Below are positions 38,260 to 50,288 of a stretch of DNA of 64,000 nucleotides, piece after piece. Both the position numbers and the translations under genes were made by a program. The first letter of the stretch is position 1; every line of letters starts with the position of its first letter. The stretch is from positions 15,066,001 through 15,130,000 of the forward strand of contig NC_073407.1 of NCBI RefSeq assembly GCF_028641065.1, in the 5' to 3' direction. Under the pieces are notes generated by a model that had not been told where the DNA came from, did not search any database, and was given only the letters and a program-made list of their open reading frames with translations. The stretch is from Leucoraja erinacea (taxonomy: Eukaryota).

Positions 38260-39425
38260 CAGTGTCCCAGCCGATCCCATTCCCCAGCCAGGCATTCTCA
38301 CTCTCCAATGTCCCAGCCATTCCCTCTCCCCAGTTTCCCAGCCATTCCCATTCTCACTCAGCCGTTCCCACTCCCCAGCCATTCCCATCTGCACTCCCCA
38401 GCCATTCCCTCTACCCAGTGTCCCAGCCAGCTATTCCCTCTCTACTGTCCCAGCCATCTATTCCCTCTCTCTAGTGTCCCAGCCACCAGTGCCAGCCATT
38501 CCCTCTGCCCAGTGTCGCAGCTATTCCCTCTCTCTACTGTCCCAGCCAGCTATTCCATCTCTCTACTGTCCCAGCCAGCTATTCCATCTCTCTACTGTCC
38601 CAGCCAGCTATTCCATCTCTCTACTGTCCCCGCTATTCCATCTCTCTACTGTCCCAGCCACTATTCCATCCCACTGTCCCCAGCTATTCCCTCTCTCTAC
38701 TGTCCTGCCAGCTATTCCCCTCTCTACTGTCCCACCATCTCTCTACTGTCCCAGCCTCTATTTCCATCTCTCTAGTGTCCCAGCCAGCTATTCCCTCTCT
38801 CTACTGTCCCAGCCATCTATTCCCTCTCTCTACTGTCCCAGCCATCTATTCCCTCTCTCTACTGTCCCAGCCATCTATTCCCTCTCTCTACTATCCCAGC
38901 CATCTATTCCCTCTCTAGTGTCCCAGCCAGCTATTCCCTCTCTACTGTCCCAGCCATCTATTCCCTCTCTCTACTGTCCCAGCCAGCTATTCCCTCTCTC
39001 TATTCCTATTCTCTCTACTGTCCCAGCCAGCTATTCCATCTCTCTACTGTCCCAGCCATCTATTCCTCTCTCTACTGTCCCAGCCAGCTATTCCCTCTCT
39101 AGTGTCCCAGCCAGCTATTCCCTCTCTACTGTCCCAGCCATCTATTCCCTCTCTACTGTCCCAGCCATCTATTCCCTCTCTCTACTGTCCCAGCCATCTA
39201 TTCCATCTCTCTACTGTCCCAGCCATCTATTCCCTCTCTCCACTGTCCCAGCCATCTATTCCATCTCTCTACTGTCCCAGCCATCTATTCCCTCTCTCTA
39301 CTGTCCCAGCCAGCTATTCCCTCTCTAGTGGCCCAGCCATTCCCATTCCCATTCCCATTCTCATTCCCCAGTCATATCCAAAGATACTAGAGTCATATCC
39401 ACTCCCCAGTGTCCCAGCCATTCCC
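38260..39425. repeat. Minisatellite, 27-29 bp unit (TTCCCTCTCTCTACTGTCCCAGCCATCTA / ..CCAGCTA), roughly 30 copies in the core 38420-39330
   Basis: Directly visible tandem array. It explains the repetitive ORFs at 38080-39770. Confidence 0.95.
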
Positions 39426-39464
39426 ACCCCCGGCGCGCTGCCTCAGAGAAAGGGACCGGCTCAC

Positions 39465-39600
39465 CGTTCTCGCCGCTGCCTGTCCCAGGGCTCGGGCTCG
39501 GGCTCCTGCTGGCCGCCACGACCCGGGGCTGCGGGGCTGCGGGTCTCCGGCGCTGCCTGTCCCGGGCTCCCTCCCTCCCGTCACTCCGGCTGCTCTGAGG
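39465..39600 (-). other. LRRC8A: LRRC8A non-coding exon 1 (5' boundary approximate)
   Basis: Donor ACG|GTGAGC at the edge of the CpG island, oriented toward LRRC8A. Confidence 0.6.
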
Positions 39601-39679
39601 GGGCGCCGCGTACCCCGCACAAAAACATCCCCCACCCCGCCGGAAGTGTTGCGAGCTCCCGCCGGAAGAGGCGTCGCCG

Positions 39680-39766
39680 CATCCCCGTCCGCAAAGAAAC
39701 AGGGCGACGTGTAAAACACAGAATAAACTGTAAGCGGCGGCGGCCGGGCGCGATAAGGGAGTCGCG
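39680..39766 (+). other. KYAT1: KYAT1 non-coding exon 1 candidate (5' boundary approximate; alternative donor at 40011)
   Basis: Donor GCG|GTAGGT at 39766/39767; second donor CCT|GTAAGT at 40011/40012. Confidence 0.5.
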
Positions 39767-40589
39767 GTAGGTCTCTTAATGTGGGCAGAAGCGAGGGGCT
39801 GCCAGTGTGAACCACTCGGCTGGTCCGGCCAGCCCCATAGAGACGCCCTCAGCTGGGGGTGTTACACTGCGGTGGTTCCCCGAGTGCCAAACCCGAACCC
39901 AAACACCACTGGTCCTGGCACCGCTTGTCAGTCAGTCTCAACAACACGGCAGTTCCCTGAGTACCGGCACCAACACCAACACCAGGTCGGGTGCCGGGGA
40001 AACGAAGCCCTGTAAGTGGTTGGTTCGTTGTAAAACACCCATGATACTAGTATCCGACAAGCTGGGAGGGGATGGATTTTATGTGTGTTTATGGGTCAAT
40101 TTAATTATCTTTCAAATTATTGTACTAATTTTTAGATACACAATTGTGGAGGTTTGGAGTGATCACCTTTTGTAGCAGGAGAGGACAGAAGAATAGTATT
40201 TGTCATTATGTCACGCAATCTATTTAAATCCTCTCTCTCTCCCATCCCCCTGTATTTTTGGTTCCCAGATTTATATGCTGCTGGACATCCAGAAGTAAAC
40301 AAGTGACTCAGCAAATTAGCCGATAATTATGGACAAAAGAACAAAGTTTATGTCTCAAAACGAACTCCAATGTTATGACAGCATGAAGGACGTTTATGCT
40401 TTGTTGATTTGAGACTAAAGTCCATGCACCTGTCTGACGCAGTGGGAAGTGCAGTACTCCTGTTGTGCATTACTTTTCACCTTTACTAGCAGAGGGGAAT
40501 TGTAGAAAAGGAAATTGATACGACATTGAGAATAAAATGAACAATCAGTTAAATTTGACTGTAGTAAGTTAAGAAGACATATGGTATGC

Positions 40590-41160
40590 TTGACTTCATC
40601 GATTGAGGCATGGACAATAACAGTCAGGAAGTCAATGTGCAGCTTTATTGGACCTTGTTTAGTCTGCATTTGGAGTATTGCTTGCAGTTATGGTCGTCCC
40701 ATTGCAAGAAGAATGTGAAGGCTTTGGAAAGTGTGCAGAGGATGTTTATCAGAATGAAGGTTGGATAAACTTGAACTGTTTTCTCGAATGCCAGAAGCTT
40801 CAGGGAGACCTGATAGAAATATATAAAATTATGAGAGGCATAGACAGGATAGAAAGTCAATTTTTACCTCAAAATGGAAAAAAGCAAATACTAGCGGGTG
40901 TAGCTTTAAGGTGAGAGAGAAGTTTAAAGGAGATGTGCGGGTCAAATATATTACAGAAGGTGGAGAATGCTTGGAATGTGCTCCCACTGACGCTATTTAG
41001 GCAAATAGGAAATTGAAGAGATTTTTAGATAGGCATATGGATGCACAAGGAATGGAAGTACATTGGTCATATGCAGGCCGGTAAGATTTGGTCTTGGCAT
41101 CGTGTTCAACACAGACATCGTGGGCCAAAGGGCCTGTTCCAGTCCTATGTTCTATACCAA
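40590..41160 (+). mobile_element. CR1-type LINE 3' fragment, degraded
   Basis: LHLEYCLQLWSSH, ALESVQRMF and LQGDLIEIYKIMRGIDR remnants. Confidence 0.7.
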
Positions 41161-42657
41161 GATAGAGGTGTGATCAAATTTAAACGTATACTGAAGTCCA
41201 TAAAGGATAGAAAGGAAAAGGCTGGAAAAGAAAAGATTGCATGTTAAACCATATTGATGATGCCAGGGATAATGCATTTAGCAAAAGCTAATCTGATCCA
41301 AGGCAAATGTTGGTCATATAATACATATTTAAACAAGTGAAACGTGTGATGGAGAGGACAAATAGAAAACAGCTATTTTTTTTTGTCAGTGGAAGCTACT
41401 TGATATGAAAGCCATTTTTCCTGGGCAAAAACTTAAATTTCATGAAGTTCATTTTCTGATGTATTAATTAATAAATGGTGAATATCAAACATCTTGGAAT
41501 AATCTGTCATGATGGGCATTACTCACATATGCTTCTTAACTTTCAATATTGGCAAGCCATCTTGGGTTGAAAAGTGCAGCAAGACACTGCTGTTATTACC
41601 CACTTTTATAGCCAGTTACTTGACATTCCAGTCAATTTTCTTGTTGCTGTCAAGTTGCTGTTAGTGTCTTTTTAGCTGTCCATCCTAATTTTAAGATGAT
41701 GAATGGGAATTCAATGTAGGGCACTTTTGAATTGTTAATGCACCTTCTATGGGATAAACTCACTAAGATTTCAAGATTATGGTTTTTGATCTATGAAAAC
41801 AATATCGTAAATTCCCAAATTTATGTAATGGATAGAAGAACATGTTATTATTGTCGTAGCACCTAATATGTAACCTTACACCTACCCCATCATCTACCAA
41901 TCCATATAAGGATATAGATGTGAAGCGTTCACAGCTGAAAGTAATTTTTGACTGGTGTTAAGCTGTTTTATATATATTCTAATTTATTCAGAATAAGTGT
42001 ATGGACATTTGTTCAGGCTCTGCTGACTAAAATGAGATGTAAAGCAATTTATTTTCCTTGTTATACTAAAGTCACACTGCAAAACATGAATACATTAAAC
42101 ATTTTGCATTTATTAAATAAAACACCCCCAAAGTACTGGAGGAACTCAGCAAGTCAGGCAGTTTCTGTGGAGGGAAACGGTCAGATGACGTTTCAGATTG
42201 CGATCCTACCAAAGCGCATTGTTATTTGCTTGGGACTCCAGTATGTCTAGTCTAATGTGCCTTCATCTTGCACTTATCAAAGGTGCTTTTAACGCATAGA
42301 TCCTGCCCAGTGTGCCCCTTCCAAACATCCTGCTAAACAGGCTTTGGAACAATGAATGGAGTAGAACGGCTCTCCTGGTCCTGTCATTCATCCCACCAGC
42401 TTCTGTACTCAACCTTCTGCCCGATCCAACAATATTCCACCACCAGGCACATATTCCCCTCCCTTTTCAGAATTTTGAAGGTATCGCTCATTTTGTAACA
42501 CCCTGGTCTCTTTTGTCCTGTCTACAACTACTGCTTTTTTTTCATTTTCTGTAACTATTTAGCATATTGTACTTTCAATTTTGGCAGATGATGTTCAGAC
42601 GATGCAAGGATTGTAAGGGTATCTTTCTGGTTCCTATTTACCCAGAAGATAGCAGAT

Positions 42658-42729
42658 ATGCTGAGAGCCCCAGCGCACTTGGTCATCAGAAATAACACTT
42701 TGATCAACAACATTTTAAATAGTCAAAAG
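42658..42729 (+). CDS. KYAT1: KYAT1 upstream exon encoding candidate mitochondrial presequence MLRAPAHLVIRNNTLINNILNSQK
   Basis: ATG at 42658, donor AAG|GTGAAT at 42729/42730, phase 0 and in frame with the exon starting at 44075 (VK-MSHH). Acceptors at 42587, 42645 and 42655. Confidence 0.55.
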
Positions 42730-44080
42730 GTGAATAATGCGCTTTGTGTAATAACTCTTTGTGCGATGATGAATCAACTGGCTGTAAAGGAAGGAAGACG
42801 TTTCTATAAATGTAGTGACTAATGTTAAGGAACCTGGCAGATATTTTTGTTTAGAACTTGCCTTTAGGAACCTGAAAATAATTACTGATAAATTTGTTAG
42901 CTTAAAGAGGAATGTTAGGAATTCTCTCTCAAACTTCCTCCCTTTCATGATGGTAAAGATTAATGGTTAGGTAGTTATGGTTAAATGTCTCCAAGCCAAG
43001 GGCTACCAACAGGGATTTTAAAACAAATATGTGCATGACAATTCATGCAAGTTTCACAGAATTGCAACAACTAGCTGTTCCTTTGAAGAAAATAACATAT
43101 AAGGTGCATCAGAAAAAATTGTCCTGTTGACATTACCTGACAAATTATTTGCCCATTTTTTCTCTAGTTTATGTTCTTTATGTCTCAACTTCAGCTTAGA
43201 TATTCTGCATTGACATTCTTCTCCACGGTTACTGTCACGATATCTTCCTGGTATCCCTAAAATACTTTGTCCGTTTGCTAAGAATGTTATTGTTCCGTTT
43301 CAGTACATACGACAATTAAAAATTCTTGGCTCTTGATTTTCTTCTTGTATTGTGGTGAGCTATGAGGTTGATATCAACAGACTTCAAGAGGATGTAAACA
43401 GCAGATGGAATGTATCAGGCAACAGCGGAAATTTAACTGATATGAAGTGTTCATTTTCGGACAAATCCAGAGAGACAATTTAATCTGGAGGATTCAATTC
43501 TAAAATAACTGCAGGAGTTGAGGCAGCTGGGGGTGTATGTGCACTAATCACTGAAAGTTTGTGTAGATTTAGAAAGCAGTTAAGAAAGCACCCACATCCA
43601 AGACTAGTGGGGTCAGAGTTCAAGAAAAAGGTAGTGTGATGACCTTTTGTAAGATATTCAGCTGCATTTCGTAAATCCATCCTCCCATATTAGTCGATCT
43701 CTCGGTTACTGCTTTTGTCATTTATTAATCTGTATCCATAGGCATCTTGGTGAGCTTATCTAACTTGCAGCCTTACTGTACTGGCTGCCTTATTTCTGTC
43801 AAATACATCGCTTGACTATTTACTACTAGTTCATTTTCCACTGGCATGCTTACTTTGCATATTTATTGATGTGTTTTGCTCACCTTTCTCAGTATCAACT
43901 ATTATTCTGCTTGTTTGTGGAATGTTGCTTGCTTTATCAGATGTCTTTAGTTTTTCACTAAAGCGTTATGAATGTGCACAAGGTACAACCTTTAAATGGC
44001 ACGTACCTAATCATAATTATTTGATTTCAATCTATTTGATTACTGCAAATAAAATACAGTTGCCTTTTTTTCAGGTAAAG

Positions 44081-44133
44081 ATGTCCCACCACAAATCTTC
44101 TCGCAGAATTGAAGGATTGGACAAGAATGTTTG
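44081..44133 (+). CDS. KYAT1: KYAT1 core coding exon 1 (MSHHKSSRRIEGLDKNVW; exon starts at 44075)
   Basis: Acceptor TTTTTTTCAG|, donor TG|GTAAGT; homologous to the KAT I/III N-terminus. Confidence 0.9.
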
Positions 44134-44291
44134 GTAAGTTGATTTGTAGTTTATGGGGATGATTTATTGACTACATATAGGGATGTTAACAAACCTTGTC
44201 TGCTGCTAGAATTCAGTGAATAGAATATCATGTGAAAACACACTTCAATATTTGCTCTGACAATGGCAAGATTCCTCTCAAAGTGAGACGA

Positions 44292-44700
44292 AGTCATAGA
44301 ATTATATAGCACAGAAACAGACCATTCGGCCCAACATATGTGCTGACCAAGATGCCCATCTAAGCATCTATTTGACCCATATCCCTCTTTCCTGTCCAAA
44401 TGTCTTTTAAATGTCATTATCGTACCTTCCTCAAGTACTTCCTCTCATAGCTTGTTTGATATACCCACTCAGAATGGAAAAAGCTACCCCTCGGGTTCCT
44501 ATTAAACTTTCCCTTTCATCTTAAACCTATGTTCTCTAGTTCTTAATTCCCCTACCTTTAGAAAAAGACTCTGCTTTCACTCCATCTAATCCCCTCGTGA
44601 TTTTATACAATTTGATAAGATCACCCCTCGCCCTCCTACGCCCCAAGGAATAAAGTCCTCGTCTGCCCAACTCCCTCGTGTCTCAGTATTTGAGCCTTTC
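44292..44700 (-). mobile_element. CR1-type LINE 3' fragment
   Basis: GTCATAGA tail and CR1 3' UTR / RGDLIKLYKITRGLD remnant. Confidence 0.65.
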
Positions 44701-44980
44701 GACCAGGTACAAATGCAGTTAATCCTGTTGTCCAATTTAAGGAACAAGTTGGGTTTCCCAAGACCATTCTTAAACCCATTAGTAATCAATGGTAAATTGA
44801 CTCATAATTTTCTGTAGTTCGTTCAACAATTGATCAATTGTCAGAGATGCCTAATGTGAGTGACTTGCTCTTCCCCCCCCCCCCCCCTCATGAAGCAGGT
44901 ATTTTTGCACAACGCCTGGGGTAAGGTATGAAAATTACTTAAAACGATATCTGATGTGCATTTGTTTCCAACATTTTTAG

Positions 44981-45122
44981 GGTGGAATTTACTCAGCTTG
45001 CTGCTGACTATTCTGCTGTCAACCTGGGACAGGGATTTCCTGACTTCTCGCCTCCAAATTTTGTAAAAGAAGCTTACATAAAGGCCATCAATGGTGGTCT
45101 GAACCAGTATACCAGGGCTTTT
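44981..45122 (+). CDS. KYAT1: KYAT1 core coding exon 2 (VEFTQLAADYSAVNLGQGFPDF...LNQYTRAF)
   Basis: TTTTTAG| ... |GTGAGT; NLGQGFPD motif; phases consistent. Confidence 0.95.
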
Positions 45123-46026
45123 GTGAGTATTTGTGGAGCAATACTCCAGTAAATATTTCGTGCATTGGACAGTTATTTTGAAGAGCTGCTTTGTACCACA
45201 TTTTGAAATGGCCATATATTGTAAAAAAGAATGATTCTACAAGGTGTTATTTATGTTTCAGTGATACAACCATTTTCGTGCTCAGGGTTGAGCAATGCAA
45301 TGCCCAGTTCTGAACTGTGGATGGGGGAGGGAGTCTGCCGTGTTTCTACTTCTGATTATTATCCTTTCCCCAGAAAGTGTGTGTACGGCATAGCAAAACA
45401 GAACATGGATTTGCAGTTTGGTTTAGATCCTAATCTGTTACAGTTGACCATCATGCCTTCTATTTTCTGGGACCTCATTTATGCTTGCACAGTGGGCGAT
45501 CGTTTTGTGAATACCATTGGGGTATAGGCTGAAAAACAATGCTTGGAGGTAGAGATTGTGGTGTTGACGATGGTAACTAATTTGATAGAAATTTAAGAGC
45601 AGGCAGATGTGAACTTAGTCATATCTGAATTTAAATGAAACTAAACATCTATGAAACCAAAATTGTAAAACCCTCTTGATCCATTGTCTTTCTAGGCAGA
45701 CATTGTATGCCTGATAAAGTCCTCAGATGTTGAGTTGCAGTTTCCTCTGAAGTTATTTCAGAAATTATGAAATTAAAATCAACTAGTGATAAGTAACAAA
45801 TACTTTTCCTTTAGAGTTGCTCGTGTCCTGAACAAATTAAACAATTAAGACTCTTGGTCACAAATTATAGCCCCAATTTTTTTTAAATCATATTGATAAA
45901 ATCATATTATCTTTTGTGAAGCAATGATTATGTAGATTAATGCTAGATCTTTTCATTCGTAGATTCAATTAAAAATATCACACCTTGTAACTTATTCTCT
46001 TTTGTTTGTTTCTCTGTACTTTTCAG

Positions 46027-46176
46027 GGTCACCCACCGCTGGTGAAAATTCTGGCAAAGTTTTTTGGGAAATTAATGAGCCAAGACATTGATCCATTCAA
46101 TGAGGTGCTTGTGACAATTGGGGCATACGAGGCCCTATTCTGTTTCTTTCAGGCCATGGTTGATGATGGGGATGAA
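46027..46176 (+). CDS. KYAT1: KYAT1 core coding exon 3 (GHPPLVKILAKFFG...GAYEALF...VDDGDE)
   Basis: TTTTCAG| ... |GTAGGT; 150 nt, phase 0. Confidence 0.95.
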
Positions 46177-46191
46177 GTAGGTGAATACTGT

Positions 46192-47943
46192 TGATGCTCT
46201 CAGAAAAGTTAAGACGTGATAATTCCAAACTCATCAGCTCTTCCAAACCCACTACCTGCTCCCTCGACCCTCTCCCCACTCCTCTGCTGAAGTCCTGCCT
46301 CCCCGTTCTCTGCCCCTACCTCACTAATCTCTTCAACTCCTCATTGTCCCAAGGAATTGTCCCCTCCGATTTCAAAACTGCTGCTGTCACACCAATCTTA
46401 AAGAAACCTGGTCTTGATCCCTCCTCTCTCATTAACTCCCGCCCAATCTCAAATCTCCCCTTTCTTTCAAAAACCCTGGAGCGTATCATTGTGTCACAAC
46501 TTCATTCCCACCTCCTTGCGTATAACCTATTCGAACCCCTCCAATCTGGCTTTCGCCCCCTCCATAGCACAGAAACTGCTCTCCTCAAAGTCATCAACGA
46601 CCTCCTCACCTCTGCTGACACTGGTTCCCTCAACATCCTCATCCTCCTCGACCTGAGTGCAGCCTTCGATACAGTGAACCATAACATCCTGCTTACCAGA
46701 CTTGGGGACCTTGGCATTGAAGGCTCTGCACTCAGCTGGCTCTGTTCCTACCTTTCCAACAGATCCCACTTCATCTCTCTCCACAACCACACCTCTGCTA
46801 CAGCCACAGTCACTCAAGGCGTTCCCCAAGGCTCCGTACTCGGCCCCCTCCTCTTCATCATCTACATCCTCCCCCTTGGTCAGATACGCCGCCACTTCAA
46901 CCTGGACTTCCTCTGTTACGCTGATAACACCCAGATCTACCTCGGCACCAAACCCCCCCACAACCCCCCCCCTCCCATATCAACTCCTGTTTGTCAGCTA
47001 TAAAAACCTGGATGCAACATAACTTCCTCAAACTCAACAGCGATAAAACAGAATTCCTCCTCATAGGCTCCAAATCCACACTCAGCAAAATCAATAACCC
47101 CACTCTCACCATCGACGGCACCACTATCTCCCCAGGCCCACAACCTTGGCGTGATCTTTGATTCCACCCTCTCCCTTGAGCCTCACATCCGCCATGTCAA
47201 TAAAACCTCCTTCTTTCACCTCTGCAACATCGCCAAAATCAGACCCTCTCTCACACCTCCCGCTGCTGAAAGACTCACCCATGCCTTCATCTCCTCCCGA
47301 CTGGACTACTGCAACTCACTTCTCCTTGGCATCAGCTCCACCTACATCAACCGCCCAACTCAGAACCGCCCGACTCATCACCCACACCAAATCCTGGCAT
47401 CACATCACTCCAGTCCTCAAACAACTTCACTGGCTTCCCATCTCCCACCAGATCACCTACAAAATCCTGGTCCTCACCTACAAAGCCCTCCACCATCTGG
47501 CCCCCCCATATCTCACTGACCTCCTCTTCCCCCTACCAACCCTCATGGTCTCTCAGATCCACATCAGCCGGTCTCCTCTCCATCCACAAAAATCCAACCT
47601 CCGCAGTTTTGGGGACAGAGCCTTCTCCAGGGCAGCTCCCAGGCTCTGGAACTCCCTCCCCCAACTGATCCGCAATTCCGTGTCCCTCACCATCTTCCAG
47701 TCCCGCCTCAAGACCCATCTCTGCCTATCCTTAGCCCCACGTCCCCCTCCCTTTTCATCTGTGCTTGAATTGCCTCATATTGTGTTTTGAATTGAATTCT
47801 GTCTTTAATTTGTGCACTAGTCATGTCTCTACTATTTATTTCATTCCACTTACATGTTTTTCCTCTACTTGCTAAATTTTTGTAAGGTGTCCTTGAAACT
47901 CTTGAAAGGCGCCCATAAATAAAATTTATTATTATTATTATTG
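46192..47943 (+). mobile_element. L2-type LINE, 5'-truncated ~1.75 kb, frameshifted RT
   Basis: ORFs with [41 protein letters not shown] and YADNTQ (YADD mutated); AATAAA plus (TTA)n tail. Confidence 0.92.
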
Positions 47944-48912
47944 TTAGAAATGTTAGTTTTCAATATTAAACTACTCCAAGCTTTTAATAATTAAAAAAAA
48001 AATCCAATGAGATTGTAACCGAGTCAATTTAGTTCATTATATATTTGTAGGTTTCAAGGCTGTTGTTATAAAGGTGTAATGGAACCTATGTAAAAACTGT
48101 ATACCTTGTAATCAGTATGCACAGTAATTTTTTTTTTTTTTTAACTAAAAAAAATCGTACTTTTTAAAAACGTTTTTAAACATCATGGGGAGACTTCATT
48201 GAGGGATCCTTTGGAGCTTGATCCTGTGTGGGCCTTGTCGCTGTATTCTACCAATTCAATAAATACTCCTGTTGAATGCACAGCTCATATCAGAATTAAC
48301 ATAAAAAAAATGATGCAGATAGCAATGAATGAAGCCTACAGTTTTAAAATCAATTAGTAGGTTCTATACTTCTTCAATCTTGATGATTTTTCTGGAAGAA
48401 TAATTTTTCCTGTGTGGACTTCATTTTTGAGCCCGAACAACAGTTGATAACATTTATATGTGGAATTTTAAGCTGTTTTGGTTTATGATTGGAAGCCTTT
48501 AGTTTCTCAGGACGTCAGTTTCAACAAAAAAAACTTATGTACAATTGATAGCTTGTTAAAATTGACTTCCGTTTGTTAGATTTTGACAAGGTATTTTCAA
48601 CCTACCTTTCATAATATTTGTTAATATATAAAGGTACTTCAGAATGAGCAATGCATAGAGTTAAAAACATTCCCACACAACACTGCAACAAACAAGTAAC
48701 AAGCGAAAATCCCAAGTTTTCTTCTGAAGTTCTTTAAGTATCTCATTTAGTGTGGAGTGTCGCTCAAGCAAACAGTCAAGAAGTATCAGATTTATTGCCT
48801 ACCTGTTTCTTTATAAACTGATCTTGCAATTAGCTGCTTAGCGTTAATGTAAAGTGAAGCATTTAGCCAGGGTTCCTATTTATGATTGAAATCTTTTTTT
48901 GTTTCGTTATAG

Positions 48913-48999
48913 GTGATTATCATTGAGCCTTATTTTGATTGTTACGAGCCCATGGTTCGAATGGCAGGTGGGCAGCCAGTGTTTATTTCACTGCGTCCG
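48913..48999 (+). CDS. KYAT1: KYAT1 core coding exon 4 ([29 protein letters not shown])
   Basis: TTATAG| ... |GTGAGT; 87 nt. Confidence 0.95.
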
Positions 49000-49394
49000 G
49001 TGAGTCTCTGGGGCCAAACAAAATGACATTTGTTTTATTACTGGGTTTGCATTGTGGAGTTTAAAATTAGAATATTTAAATTTTAAAGAAAATTTCTTCT
49101 ATGTAAAGATATTTTACCATCGTATACCAGGATTGGAAATGTGAGCTGATTCTAGAGTTAGTGAGAACATGACAAAAGATCCTGTCACACTTTTCTGTTG
49201 TATTAAAATATGCACTCTGACAGACGTAACTCTTTTTTTTAAACCCTTATCAGCAACCAAGTTTATTTGCAAAATTATGTTTAAAGTTCTGTAATGTTTA
49301 AAATTTAAGACCAAAATATATTATCCGGACACATATTCAACAGCTCTGTGCAGAATAAGTATTTACATTGCTTTCGTACTTTGAGATTGTCTTC

Positions 49395-49900
49395 AGGTCA
49401 TAGAGCTGTATAACATGAAAACAAGCCCTTTGACCCACCTTGTCCATGCTAATCAAGATGGTATACTGGGCTAGTCCCATTTTCCTGCATGTGGCCTACA
49501 GTGCTCTAAACCCATCCTATCTATATATCTGTCCAAATGTCCTTTAAAAGTCATAATTGTATCTGCTTCTGTAGTTTCCTCTAGCTGCTCATTCTAGATA
49601 CGGACTACTTTCGGAGTGAAACAGTTGCCCTGAGATCTCTCTTAAATTTCTCCCTTATTGCCTTGGCCTACACCCTCTAGATTTAGAATCCTCTATCCAG
49701 GGGAGATAGGCTGAGCAATCTCTGTATGATCTTGTGCACCCTTGCCTTTCATGATCTTGTATACCCTTATAAGGTCACCCCTCAGACCCCTACACCCCAC
49801 AGAAAAAAAATCAACCTATAACTCAAGACTGCTATCAACAGTAACACCCTGCTGAATCCCTTTTATGCCCTTTCCAACAAAACCATATCCTTCCTATAGA
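49395..49900 (-). mobile_element. CR1-type LINE 3' fragment, degraded
   Basis: CR1 3' UTR and LRGDLIRVYKIMK remnant on the minus strand. Confidence 0.6.
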
Positions 49901-50162
49901 TTAAAATCACATGTTTGATTAATTTAGTGTATGAATGACTGGCCTAGTCATGGGTATCATATCAAGTTCTACCCTTGAACACGAATGTTACTTTACATTA
50001 TTGAATACTCACTTGCCTTCTTTTGTAACTTCTGTAAAATTATTTTCTGAATAGCAGCAGAAGTAGCTGCAGGAATGAACTAATATCTGTGTAACTCGAT
50101 AAGAGAAGCAAAGTATTCCCGTTATCCAAACACATTTTGGAGGTTACCTATTGTTCTTTCAG

Positions 50163-50288
50163 AAACCAGTATTTGGAAGGTTAATGACTAGTGCCGACTG
50201 GGTATTGGATCCTGTTGAATTAGCAAATAAATTCAACAAACGTACTAAAGCGATTGTCATCAACACTCCAAACAACCCTCTTGGCAAG
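50163..50288 (+). CDS. KYAT1: KYAT1 core coding exon 5 (KPVFG...INTPNNPLGK)
   Basis: TCTTTCAG| ... |GTAAGA; 126 nt; NTPNNP motif. Confidence 0.95.

Larger units (their letters stand above)
39430..40020. promoter_or_regulatory. CpG-island bidirectional promoter shared by LRRC8A (-) and KYAT1 (+)
   Basis: CpG-dense. Tandem ETS/GABP motifs CCGGAAGTG (39640-39648) and CCGGAAG (39662-39668). Minus-strand donor at 39465/39464; plus-strand donors at 39766/39767 and 40011/40012. Confidence 0.8.

Noticed and set aside
38080-39770. Long ORFs (231, 284, 222 aa), or a CRISPR-like array
   Set aside because: Translations of a minisatellite with no unique spacers and no cas genes; eukaryotic context.
46191-47790. 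Active reverse transcriptase gene
   Set aside because: 5'-truncated, frameshifted, and catalytic YADD changed to YADN.
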